DNA from: Picochlorum sp. SENEW3
Lineage: Eukaryota
Direction of reading: 5' to 3'
DNA: 64,000 bases
NCBI GenBank assembly: GCA_034226945.1
Contig: CP120453.1
Location: forward strand, 248,001-312,000
This document shows positions 1-9,549 of this stretch, one piece after another. The position numbers were made by a program, and so were the translations under genes. Position 1 is the first letter of the stretch. Every line of letters begins with the position of its first letter. The notes below the pieces were generated by a model. The model was not told the DNA's origin. It saw only the letters and a program-made list of their open reading frames with translations, and did no database searches.

Positions 1-2
1 CT

Positions 3-545
3 GTGCAGGCTCCTGCCTGCTCCTTCCCTCGCCTCAGATCAACCATACTCGAGACAGACGTAGATAACATGCACCCAGGAGATCGTATCCTACATCTTGG
101 CTGTGGTGACGGATCATTGACCAAAATGCTCTTCAGTGCTGGTTTCAACTGTGTTGGTGCGGATGTGGGCACATCTGCCGAAAAGGCGCGCACACGTGGC
201 CTCGCCACCATGGCCATAGACCCAACACTCTCCAAGATACAAGAAGAGATCAAGGAACAGATGGGCGACGCCCTCTTCGACGCTGTGGTCTTCCTCCAGG
301 ACCACCCACACAACAGCTCAACTGCCACAGCGCTCATCTCCTCCTCACAAGCCCTGTCCTCACTCCGAGCCTTAACCGCCAAAGGAACCGGCACCTGCAT
401 TTTTGAAGTGAATGTACCATCAAATGATGGCACTGCATTCTCAAAAGAAAGCTTTGTATCCACAGTAGCGACGCCGTCTGGTTGGACAGTCATGTCTGTC
501 GGCCAGTCTGAAACGACACTTCGGTGCATTCTCCTCAACGCATAA
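3..545 (+). CDS. Class I SAM-dependent methyltransferase-like protein, 5' part outside the window
   Basis: The ORF is open from the window edge and has a motif I-like ILHLGCGDGSL, followed by VGAD and FDAVV. Confidence 0.6.
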   Translation: MQAPACSFPRLRSTILETDVDNMHPGDRILHLGCGDGSLTKMLFSAGFNCVGADVGTSAEKARTRGLATMAIDPTLSKIQEEIKEQMGDALFDAVVFLQDHPHNSSTATALISSSQALSSLRALTAKGTGTCIFEVNVPSNDGTAFSKESFVSTVATPSGWTVMSVGQSETTLRCILLNA

Positions 546-646
546 TAATGTTATTAAAATGCTGTAATATTACAAGAACAAAAAACACAAAGTATACCTC
601 ACAGACATGACCAAAAGAAGAATGTCCCGAATGTTCCACGGACACG

Positions 647-802
647 TTACGCTTTGCTTTGTCTGTCAAACTCCGCTTGGGTGGATGCTTTGCACTTGCA
701 TCGATCCTGTTCTGGTACTCCACTCAAAGCAGTGTCAATATGACGACCGCACCCACTCCAGGTGGCTTTAGAGCAACTTCCGCATGTCGACTTGAAACAC
801 AT
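647..802 (-). CDS. 51-aa Cys-rich microprotein of unknown function (not in the ORF track)
   Basis: Manual translation gives MCFKSTCGSCSKATWSGCGRHIDTALSGVPEQDRCKCKASTQAEFDRQSKA*, with ATG at 802-800 and TAA at 649-647. It fits the MC..CxxCxKxTWxGCGxH..VP..RCxC pattern that I recall from an uncharacterised small-protein family. Confidence 0.75.
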   Translation of the reverse strand: MCFKSTCGSCSKATWSGCGRHIDTALSGVPEQDRCKCKASTQAEFDRQSKA

Positions 803-909
803 TGTGAATTCTTCCTTCTTTCTTTCTTCTCACGTATATATGAAATGATAAATTAAAATACTATTACCGTGTGGTTGCAGTAATAGTAAAACGAATGTGA
901 ATTAATTCT

Positions 910-944
910 GAGCCCTAGGGAGGGGACGAGGCCCTGTTGTAGAG
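910..944. repeat. Short GC-rich dispersed element, related in inverted orientation to 49069-49112
   Basis: The reverse complement contains CTCTACAACAGG...CCCTAGGGC; the same two blocks occur at 49069-49112. Confidence 0.5.
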
Positions 945-1116
945 CCCTTCATCCGACAGTCATGACGAGAGTACTCTCGAGAGAGAGAGTGAGACAAGAA
1001 AGAAGAACAAGACATGCCTCTGGATTGTTGTTGTTGTTACAATTGTTGTGACAAAAGATTGCATTTCAAAGACCTGAATATACATGTAAGAATAGAAAAG
1101 AAAAAAAAGAGAGAGA

Positions 1117-2742
1117 CTAGGCAAACAATGTGGTGTTCTTGGCAGCTTCAATCATGCTCTCCACCGATGCCACAATGACTGCCAAGGTGATGAGGAAGCA
1201 GAATAGATCAACACAACGCAGGAAGATTCTGTATGCCCTGCTAGGCCTGAATACACGGATGTAGCACGCAATGGGGAAATATACTGTCATGGGCCAGAAT
1301 CCAATGGCTCCAACAAAGCCCAGGATGGACTGGAAGAAGGGCAGCAAAACTGCCAAGAATGTCAGCAATATCACATATATTGTTCTGTATACCAATCTGA
1401 GGCCAAGACCGCGTGTGCACCACCTGAGATATTTGTTTTTCACGTCTTTGCAGACTTTGAATTCAATCCATTCTTCCACCAAGACGAAATGAGGCTGTGA
1501 CCACACCTGGTAGGCAGGAATCATGTGCAGTACAACCATCACATTAGCCATATCCAATACCCATTGAGGTGCGATACCAGCATAATCAGTCAGGATGTAT
1601 CCTGTGGGCATGTTATATCCCAGGCTTGCAAAGCCAGCACAGGATACTGCAATATAAAAGCCAGTCATGACGGCAACAGAATAGTTGACTGCTCTCTTCA
1701 TCGATGTAATAGGCCCCGTATTCTTCCCCTTAGCATTTTGAAGAGTATCTTGAATTTCCAACAGAATAATAGCGAACGAATAGGCAAAGAGCACAGCTCC
1801 AATTGAGTTTAAAATATTCCAGACCTGTTTTGCTGTGGTGTTGAATTGCATGGGTGAGATTCCACCATTCGTGCCATGAAACCCAACTGTAATACCAAAC
1901 GCAATGATACTGTATCCAAATGACATGATAGCCCCGAATGCAGAGGCCCACCAGAAACTCTCCAACGTGGGAACTTGGGATAAGAATATTTGAACAACAC
2001 CAAAGATAATCCCCATGGCCCACTGTTGGTTGAAACACCCACTCTCCCCTCCACAGGCTCCATCTGCAATAGCTTTCATTGATTCAGCAGCTGTAATAGT
2101 ATACGCGAGAGCTGTGAGAATCAGATTGGCTTGCTGAAGGATGGCAAGGATGATCATTCCAGGAACTCCCATGACTGTCTTGACCATCTGGGGGAAGGTA
2201 CGCTGACGGACACCATCTATGATGTATAAATCAGCCAATAATTGACCGGTAAAAACAGTAATCCATGCGAACAAGACAAAGCATATGGCCCCGAGGATCC
2301 ACCCCAAACTGGCCATTGCATAAGGCAAGGCTAAAACACCCGCGCCAATCACGGCTGTAATGATATGCCCAAACGCAGTCCATGTATTCCCAGATCGCTT
2401 CACACCATCTTCATGAATCCAATTGCTCGATCTCAGAGTTTCAACACTGGGAAGTTCCCCAACAAGAGAGTTTAAACGATCTCCGTATGCCAGGTCTGCA
2501 GAGACCTTTCCTGAGGAGATGGGAACGCTCTGTATAGGCACGTCATCTGTGTTAAACTCCTGCATAACGTCATCACGAATCGACGTGAGATTCGCAATGG
2601 CAGCAGAGTACCCCGACGTGAGTCGTGTACTCCCCATGCCAGATCCTCCATTCTCCAGCCCAGGTCCGTAGCGAGAGCCCGTCGACCCTCGGCGCCTGCT
2701 CACAGCAGAGTCGCGTGACTCTTCCTTCCCGTTCAATTCCAT
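1117..2742 (-). CDS. Amino acid permease (AAP/AAAP, Aa_trans family)
   Basis: 541 aa; KRSGNTWTAFGHIITAVIGAGVLAL, AYSFAIILLEIQDT and GAIGFWPMTVYFP are AAP hallmarks; multiple TM segments. Confidence 0.92.
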   Translation of the reverse strand: MELNGKEESRDSAVSRRRGSTGSRYGPGLENGGSGMGSTRLTSGYSAAIANLTSIRDDVMQEFNTDDVPIQSVPISSGKVSADLAYGDRLNSLVGELPSVETLRSSNWIHEDGVKRSGNTWTAFGHIITAVIGAGVLALPYAMASLGWILGAICFVLFAWITVFTGQLLADLYIIDGVRQRTFPQMVKTVMGVPGMIILAILQQANLILTALAYTITAAESMKAIADGACGGESGCFNQQWAMGIIFGVVQIFLSQVPTLESFWWASAFGAIMSFGYSIIAFGITVGFHGTNGGISPMQFNTTAKQVWNILNSIGAVLFAYSFAIILLEIQDTLQNAKGKNTGPITSMKRAVNYSVAVMTGFYIAVSCAGFASLGYNMPTGYILTDYAGIAPQWVLDMANVMVVLHMIPAYQVWSQPHFVLVEEWIEFKVCKDVKNKYLRWCTRGLGLRLVYRTIYVILLTFLAVLLPFFQSILGFVGAIGFWPMTVYFPIACYIRVFRPSRAYRIFLRCVDLFCFLITLAVIVASVESMIEAAKNTTLFA

Positions 2743-3205
2743 CCGTTGTAAATCCTCAAATATTCAACAACAAAGTCTTCAAAATAGTATGCCTCCAAGA
2801 TTGGCTCTACTATTGGAATACGTGGGAACCCTGGATACCAAGGGCTCACCGCTTCCTCCGAAACCCTAGTTCTCTTGCCACGAGGAGACTGCAACAATTC
2901 AGGAATAGATCCTGACTCCTAGAATTGAGTTAATAAGAAGATATATGTGTATTAAGAGTGAATTAGCAGTCCATGATATGCGATGCAACCAGATTTGGAT
3001 GCATGCTCTGGCGATGTAGATCTCCGGAGATGACCTACGGAAATAAAAACAAGGGAGACTAGTCTCCCCATCAAGACTACCCATTGATAGGACACATGAG
3101 AATAACACCAAGATACCTCTTATTACTCAAGAGCAAGGGAATTAACACGCTGTCTATCTATTAAAACATTCATCAAAGCCGGATGAAGTATAATAATAAG
3201 GTAGT

Positions 3206-4921
3206 GTGATGAATATTTCTGTATCCATCATCAGTCCCTCGAGGGCATTGTCGCTCTTTGATCGGCAGGGAATTGAAAAATGTCGACAGTCTGTACCAAG
3301 AACAACGTGTATTCCATGTGGGCGGAACAAGAGGACCAAGACATTCTCATCTGCGACTGATTCTCCCAGTACATCAACTAGTTGGAATGACTATAGTAGT
3401 TGGCCGAGCGAGGCAGCACGTCGTACGGCATTTGGAACAACCCCAGGGGAGATTGTCAACCACAGAGTTTCCGAGATTCGGGGTTCATTGCCTTCCTGGC
3501 TGCATGGGACGTATTATAGAAATGGTCCTGGTACATATGAGAATGGAACTGATGGAGGGATGTTGCATTTGTTTGACGGGTATGGCATGGTTGTCAAAAT
3601 CGACATGGATGGGAGGACGAACGAGGCGACGATTTCGAATGCATTCGTCAAGTCCAAGGCATATACGAGGTATAAAGAAACAGGTGTGATGGAGTGGAGG
3701 GAATTTGGGACGCCCAAGGTGATGGGTGGTGTGCTGGAGGAGATTCGGAATGTTGTGAGGACAATTGTTGGGAGCATTGGGATTGGGCAAGGGGTGACGG
3801 ATAATGCGTCGGTGCACGTGATTCCGAGGGGAACTGAGATGTGGGCGATGACAGAGACGGTACCTGGGACGTATCGGATTGATCCAGAGACCCTGGAGAC
3901 CATGGGGCGAGTGGAGTATGATGACAGCATGGAGGGAACGCTGACCACAGCACACCCGCATGTCCTCAGCGATGGGCGTCTCGTAAATATACTCTCCGAG
4001 CCCGGGAAGGGATTCACAGTGTATGTGTGTGATGGGAATGTGAGAGAAAAGATTGCGTATGTTCCGCATGCGAGGCCATTAAGCCCAGCGTGGATTCATG
4101 ATTTCCCAGGAACCGACAGCTGCATTGTCATTCCAGAGATGCCCTTGTACTTTAATTTATCGGCATTGACGCTTGGTACGAATGCGTCTCATTTATTTTT
4201 AGATTGGATACCAGAGGATGGGACAACTCTGCATATCGTGGATGTGGCCAGCGGGTCTGTGCATCGTGTCAAGGATGTGCCTCCTTGCTTTGTCTTCCAC
4301 TGGGCCAATGCCTTCACCTCGGGTGACGATGGTCAATACCTGAACATTGATGCGACTGTATATGATGATCCGGATATCGTGAAATATCTTTTATTGGATT
4401 CCGTTCGGGCAGGGCCGGATGCTGGACGGGAACTTCCCCCGAGTGCCCTGAGGAGATTGGTGCTGGAACGGTTGCCGAGTGGAGATTTCTCTCTGGTCCG
4501 CAGCAAGGATGATGCATGGCACCGACTGTCGAATGATGAGAATCGAGATTTTGGAAATTTCACGGATTTTCCCACCGTCAATCCGTCGAAAAAAGGCAAA
4601 CAGCACCGCTACGTGTGGGTCTCTGCTGCACAGAGACCCACAAACGTAACGAATGCATTGGTCAAATTTGATACTGAAACATCCCATGCCCTGCGATGGC
4701 ATGAGCCTGGATCCCTCCCTGGAGAGCCATGCTTTGTTCAAAATCCATCGAGTGATGGCGAAGATGACGGCGTGATCTTGTCGATGCTGATTGAAGGCGA
4801 TTCTGGGGCATCCAGCGTGCTTGTCCTTGACGCCAAGTCCATGACGGAGCTGGCACGAATCCCATGCCCAATTCCAATAACCTCGGGATTCCATGGATCA
4901 TTCGTTTCTCATAGTTTTTAA
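3206..4921 (+). CDS. Carotenoid cleavage dioxygenase (RPE65 family), CCD8-like
   Basis: YRNGPG, HLFDGY, TDNA and EPCFV motifs; four Fe-binding His (TAHP, WIHDF, FHWAN, GFHG); transit-peptide-like N-terminus. Confidence 0.88.
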   Translation: MMNISVSIISPSRALSLFDRQGIEKCRQSVPRTTCIPCGRNKRTKTFSSATDSPSTSTSWNDYSSWPSEAARRTAFGTTPGEIVNHRVSEIRGSLPSWLHGTYYRNGPGTYENGTDGGMLHLFDGYGMVVKIDMDGRTNEATISNAFVKSKAYTRYKETGVMEWREFGTPKVMGGVLEEIRNVVRTIVGSIGIGQGVTDNASVHVIPRGTEMWAMTETVPGTYRIDPETLETMGRVEYDDSMEGTLTTAHPHVLSDGRLVNILSEPGKGFTVYVCDGNVREKIAYVPHARPLSPAWIHDFPGTDSCIVIPEMPLYFNLSALTLGTNASHLFLDWIPEDGTTLHIVDVASGSVHRVKDVPPCFVFHWANAFTSGDDGQYLNIDATVYDDPDIVKYLLLDSVRAGPDAGRELPPSALRRLVLERLPSGDFSLVRSKDDAWHRLSNDENRDFGNFTDFPTVNPSKKGKQHRYVWVSAAQRPTNVTNALVKFDTETSHALRWHEPGSLPGEPCFVQNPSSDGEDDGVILSMLIEGDSGASSVLVLDAKSMTELARIPCPIPITSGFHGSFVSHSF

Positions 4922-4987
4922 AAGTTTTTTTAATTCATATACTAATGTAATGGAACTTGAGTAAAAGCAGAGAGTCTGTAATGCAAG

Positions 4988-6243
4988 ATGAAACTGACAC
5001 CCAGAGAATTTGCGGAATATACTGATCATGATGAGGACACCCTTGAACAAACGACCAAGCTTAAATGCACGGGTAGAAATGTGACATCGGTGCGTCTTGT
5101 TGCTGTTATATTGGGTGCATGCCTTGCCAATTTTACTATTTTTCTGTGACTTCTTCTTTGGAGCATTCATCGACGACAGTGACTATATATACATTATTGA
5201 TTTATTCTCCCTAATTTTTACAGATTACTGGATTGGATGTGTGTAAAAGGTTGATTCGGATCGATTTGTCCAACAACAACTTGACACTGGTGGATCCCAT
5301 TGCTGCTTGTGACAGTCTTCGGTGGCTGAATGTGTCCAAAAATGACATCACTTCTATAAAACCACTTCAATCTTTGGAGTCTTTGGAGGTTTTAAACGTG
5401 TCTCAGAACAAGCTTTGCGGAAAAGTTGGGGTGGGGAGGATGCGGCAGTTGAAAGCCTTGGTGTTGAATGGAAATGATATTGAGACAGTTGGTGGACTGG
5501 AGAAAGTGACGCGGTTGGAGACGTTGATTATATCTCATAATTCGATTCGATCGTTTGGAGGATGGATATCGCAGGCTACGTCGCTGCAGAAACTCAGTGC
5601 TTCACACAACCCAATAGAGTGGGATCAAGGCGAGTCCTGTGTGCAAGGGCTGTCAGCACTAGTGCACATGAAGGAATTGAGGCTCAATCATACGGGATTG
5701 CGGAGAGTTCCTGCTTGTCTCGCGTCCATGAAGAGACTTCGGATTTTAGAGCTTGGGAGCAATAGAATTGAGAGTGTTCAAGATGTGCAGGCACTCAAAG
5801 CGCTCTCGTCCATATGGCAGTTGAATTTGAAGGGCAACACGGTGCAGTCGATTCCAAACTATCAGGGCACGATATTATCTCTTGTATCTGGTATTGATGT
5901 TCTAGATACGAAACGACTCAGACCCAAGAACAAAAAGATGGAGGCAAAGAACCTCCATCTTGGAGTGGTCCATCGTGGAGAAGAAGAACAACAACCACCG
6001 CCCAAGGAACCAGAACAAAAACACAACGATGACAGCGTAGAAAATGAAGAAGAAGATGTTCTTTCAGAAAAGGAATTCACTGCTCCTCTGGCAAAAAAAA
6101 TGAAAAAGGAGAAGAAAAAGGAGAAGGAAAAAAAGACATCAAAAAAGTCAACCAAAAAGAAGACCACACATACAAAGAGAGGAAAAGAAGCATTACAAGC
6201 AATCTTACAAGGGGGTTCTAGATCTTTAAACAGAACTGTATAA
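4988..6243 (+). CDS. Leucine-rich repeat protein (SDS22-like repeats) with Lys-rich C-terminus; exons 4988-5089 and 5224-6243
   Basis: LxxLxLxxNxI repeats. A GT..AG intron at 5090-5223 joins MKLTPREF..NVTS in frame to ITGLDVC. Confidence 0.8.
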
Positions 6244-6255
6244 TACTGACTACCA

Positions 6256-6783
6256 TCACAGAGTCTTGTAAGGATAAATGTCGCCAATAGAGACTATCAC
6301 TCCATCCATACTCTTGTCCAACACAATCCTACTACCCAAACGAGAGTGTTCATCCAACGCATATGGATCAGCAACCTCCTTCATCCACTGCTCATCATCC
6401 CCACGAGGAGCAGGAATTGCATCAAACAACTCTGTTGGAATCTTCACATGAGCTTCCACTCGGCCCCTGCCCTCTGGACTATCTGCTACCGCTGCACCAT
6501 TAATTGAACAATACACATGATATATAGTTCCACTCTGTATATGGATGCACAGAACCGTACCTTGAGGACCCAGGACGTCTGAATGCTCCCGAATCAACTC
6601 GGCTAAAGTCTGCCCTTCAATCCCGGTGAAGGAGTGCCGATGTCCCTCTCCATCAATAACCTTGATATGAACAAGATGGTCATAGACGGTGCTCGTTGCC
6701 ATGGAGCGTAATGGGTTTCCTGCCAGGCTCCATTGCCGCACCAATCTCCCAATGGAAGAGGCGATGCGCTGCTCTTGTACCAT
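6256..6783 (-). CDS. Mitochondrial ferredoxin-fold protein, complex I bridge C1-FDX-like; probable in-frame intron 6492-6560
   Basis: Adrenodoxin-type IDGEGHRHSFTGIEGQTL and HSRLGSRIVL motifs. A 69-nt GTACGG..TGCAG intron removes a non-homologous segment. Confidence 0.7.
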   Translation of the reverse strand: MVQEQRIASSIGRLVRQWSLAGNPLRSMATSTVYDHLVHIKVIDGEGHRHSFTGIEGQTLAELIREHSDVLGPQGTVLCIHIQSGTIYHVYCSINGAAVADSPEGRGRVEAHVKIPTELFDAIPAPRGDDEQWMKEVADPYALDEHSRLGSRIVLDKSMDGVIVSIGDIYPYKTL

Positions 6784-7150
6784 GGTAGTGATACTAAATT
6801 ATCAAAGAAGGAGGTGGGTGCTTCTTCCATGGCCGATGCCATGTATTCGGCGGATTCGGGAATGAAATCTATATTCATATTACGGAGTTGACTCCGGGAG
6901 GGGGATGCGAGACCACGGGTACAACCCTGCATAAGGAGCCTTGCGGGCTGTATAAAAAACGAATACGGATATTTCTGTGAACAAGGTGCAATCTGGTATA
7001 CCTGCAGATAAGAAAGAACGCGTAGACGAGCCAACCTTGTTTGTGAACGCTCGAACACGACGGCACCGTCTCATACTCTCTGTATACAAACGCGCTTACG
7101 CTTATATCTATTTTTCTTCTTCTCATGGGTGTTGTATGTGAGGGACCGCG

Positions 7151-9217
7151 TTGATGGATGAAAACGGGAACCCAGGCACGGTAGTCTCATCCATGAACAA
7201 CAGTATGGGTGGTGGGGATGGCGTCGAGGGTATGGAGCAGAGGTTGACGTCCTGTATAGAAAAGGCTCTTCAGGGGGTGGTGGTGGAACGTCAAGAGCAT
7301 GAAGGGCCTTCGTCAGGTGGAGATGCGCGTGAGGTGGATGCGTCGCAGCCAGCCACAGATATTGCTAGTGCGTTGGCGCACCAGACTCGTCATGGCTTGC
7401 GTCCTGAAGATATCCATGTGTTGGTCGTGGATGATGAGCGTATGTCAAGGACGATTGTATCGTCTCTTTTGAAAAAATGCAAGTATTCTGTGACAACAGC
7501 AGAGGATGGAGCTGAGGCTATGGAGTTGTTGAGGTCACACCCTCCTGGGACGTTTCATCTGGTTTTGACGGATGTTCAGATGCCTCACATGAACGGATTG
7601 GAGTTACTGCAGTATATTAGAAGTGAGGAAACGCTGCGCTGTGTCCCAGTGGTGATGATGTCGTCGTATGATAACGGCAATGTGGTGTATGATTGTGTGG
7701 AGGGTGGAGCTGAAGAGTACTTGGTGAAGCCAGTCACGCAAAAGGAGGTGCAGCGCATTTGGCAGCATGTATTGAAGAAACGAAGTGTGGCGACGACGGT
7801 GCCGCAGGCGGATGCGAAAATGATGCAGAATGTGGCATTGGCAAAGGAGGTTGACACGTGTACGAGTGGTGAGACTGGCCGGGAGAGCAAGAGTACTGTG
7901 ACAAGCGACTTTTTGAAAATGATGAGGAACAAACGAATTCAAGAGATTGCCGAGCTGAGGAGTCAAGTGAGCCAGCTTGAGAAGGACTGCAGCTTGGTGG
8001 AACGTATATGTGGCATGGAAATGAATGGTCATGGTGGAAAACGCCAAAAGTTTGACTCGGCAGTACTGGATAAAAAGAAGGAATTGGATAATGTGTACTT
8101 TACCAAAATACACAATGAACACAAAGAAGATGCATTGAAGCATTTTGCAAGAGATTTGAATGTGATGTCGCAGATGAATGCCTTCAATGTGACATCTGTG
8201 ATTCGCTCAGGGAATATGGCAAACCCGCAGGAAATGGTTTGCTGTGCGGATTTCGATGCAGATGATTTGCATTTTGCTACTGTGTCAGTATCTCGATCTG
8301 TCAAGGTGTTTGATTTCGAAAGTATGATGACTGCTCCAGATGCCTTGCAGTTTCCAGTGTGGCAGGCAACGACACGGGCAAAATTGAGTTCAGTTTCTTG
8401 GAATTCTTACATTCGATCTCATTTGATCACATCCGATTATGATGGATGCGTTCAGTTGTGGGATGTTTCCAGTGGGGCGACGAACGAGTTGACCCAGTTT
8501 GAGGAGCATTCAAAAAGAATTTGGAGCATTGATTTTTCTCGGTTGGATCCTCTCCAGTTTGCGTCTGCATCGGATGATTCCACCGTCAGACTTTGGAATT
8601 TACAGCAGTCTTCATCCATCGACTGTTTGAAAACCCCAGCGAATGCATGCTCTGTACATTTCTGTCCCTTCAAAGCAACAACTCTTGCTGTTGCGTGCGC
8701 AAATCATAATAGTTACATATTTGATACTCGCAAAACTGCAAGTCCAATTGCAGTGCTCACGGGAGCAAGTCGAGCCGTGTCGTATGTTCGGTTTTTGGAT
8801 CGCCATACTGTTATTGGTGCATCCACAGACAATACTGTTCGCGCATGGAATCTGGACACGGAAGGAGATGTGGTGCCACCTGCAGAAGAGTACAATGGCC
8901 ATGCCAACGAGAGAAATTTCGTTGGACTGAGTGTCCATCAGGACGGATTTATCGCCACGGGATCAGAAGACAACTCTGTCTGCTGTTATTATAGAGCATT
9001 TCCATTCCCCATCACCCAACACATGATTGACGCTGGCGATTCCGAGTCCGACAAAAAGCCCATGAGCTCAAACAACCCCAGAACATTTGTGAGCTCAGTT
9101 TCATGGGCGCGCCATTCAAAGCATCTCTTGGTAGGAAACAGCGAAGGCGTGCTCCAAGTATTACACATGAAAGAATTCAAGAACGATATGAATATGAATA
9201 CTACTTTGCCAAAATGA
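7151..9217 (+). CDS. Response-regulator receiver + coiled coil + COP1/SPA-type WD40 fusion protein
   Basis: Receiver motifs VLVVDDE, LVLTDVQMP, VVMMSS and YLVKP. WD40 motifs KLSSVSWNSY, SDYDGCVQLWD, EHSKRIWSIDFS, ASTDNT, GHANERNFVGL and GSEDN are typical of COP1/SPA. First ATG at 7154. Confidence 0.88.
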   Translation: MMDENGNPGTVVSSMNNSMGGGDGVEGMEQRLTSCIEKALQGVVVERQEHEGPSSGGDAREVDASQPATDIASALAHQTRHGLRPEDIHVLVVDDERMSRTIVSSLLKKCKYSVTTAEDGAEAMELLRSHPPGTFHLVLTDVQMPHMNGLELLQYIRSEETLRCVPVVMMSSYDNGNVVYDCVEGGAEEYLVKPVTQKEVQRIWQHVLKKRSVATTVPQADAKMMQNVALAKEVDTCTSGETGRESKSTVTSDFLKMMRNKRIQEIAELRSQVSQLEKDCSLVERICGMEMNGHGGKRQKFDSAVLDKKKELDNVYFTKIHNEHKEDALKHFARDLNVMSQMNAFNVTSVIRSGNMANPQEMVCCADFDADDLHFATVSVSRSVKVFDFESMMTAPDALQFPVWQATTRAKLSSVSWNSYIRSHLITSDYDGCVQLWDVSSGATNELTQFEEHSKRIWSIDFSRLDPLQFASASDDSTVRLWNLQQSSSIDCLKTPANACSVHFCPFKATTLAVACANHNSYIFDTRKTASPIAVLTGASRAVSYVRFLDRHTVIGASTDNTVRAWNLDTEGDVVPPAEEYNGHANERNFVGLSVHQDGFIATGSEDNSVCCYYRAFPFPITQHMIDAGDSESDKKPMSSNNPRTFVSSVSWARHSKHLLVGNSEGVLQVLHMKEFKNDMNMNTTLPK

Positions 9218-9383
9218 TTGCTCCTTTCCTTCTTTTTTTTTTTCTTCTTCTAGCTTCTGTGTAAATAAAGGAATGCATATTCTTTTTCTTCTGAATTGTA
9301 TGAAACACATTTTGTCGTCTGAAATTCATGTTGGCCATCGTTTTTTGCGTCATTTTTGAGGGTCGGGAAAAGACATTTTTGAG

Positions 9384-9390
9384 TATATAA
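9384..9390 (+). promoter_or_regulatory. TATA box upstream of the permuted tRNA gene
   Basis: TATATAA starts 27 nt before the GAACA that begins the putative leader (9411). Confidence 0.6.
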
Positions 9391-9431
9391 TCCAGAGAAA
9401 ATTCGGAAACGAACAGCCGATTTTGCTAACA

Positions 9432-9537
9432 TGCAGAGGGTCGGGGGTTCGATTCCTCCCAGCTCCACGTTTCGAGGGTATCAACATTATCCGAAGCATT
9501 TGGGGCTGTGGTTTAGTGGGATAACATCTGCTTCGCA
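9432..9537 (+). tRNA. Circularly permuted tRNA-Ala(CGC): 3' half 9432-9467, spacer 9468-9501, 5' half 9502-9537, junction at 37/38
   Basis: 5' half GGGGCTGTGGTTTAGTGGGATAACATCTGCTTCGCA; 3' half TGCAGAGGGTCGGGGGTTCGATTCCTCCCAGCTCCA. Acceptor stem GGGGCTG/CAGCTCC with the G3:U70 Ala identity pair, anticodon stem TCTGC/GCAGA, T arm GGGGG-TTCGATT-CCTCC, anticodon CGC at 9534-9536. Confidence 0.92.
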
Positions 9538-9543
9538 GCCGGC

Positions 9544-9549
9544 TTTTTT
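9544..9549 (+). terminator. Pol III oligo-T terminator
   Basis: TTTTTT just after the tRNA 5' half and its short trailer. Confidence 0.7.

Noticed and set aside
3485..4069. Long antisense or alternate-frame ORFs over CCD, NDUFS1, RPA1, hslU and others
   Set aside because: They are shadows of well-supported genes on the other strand or frame and have no recognisable motifs.
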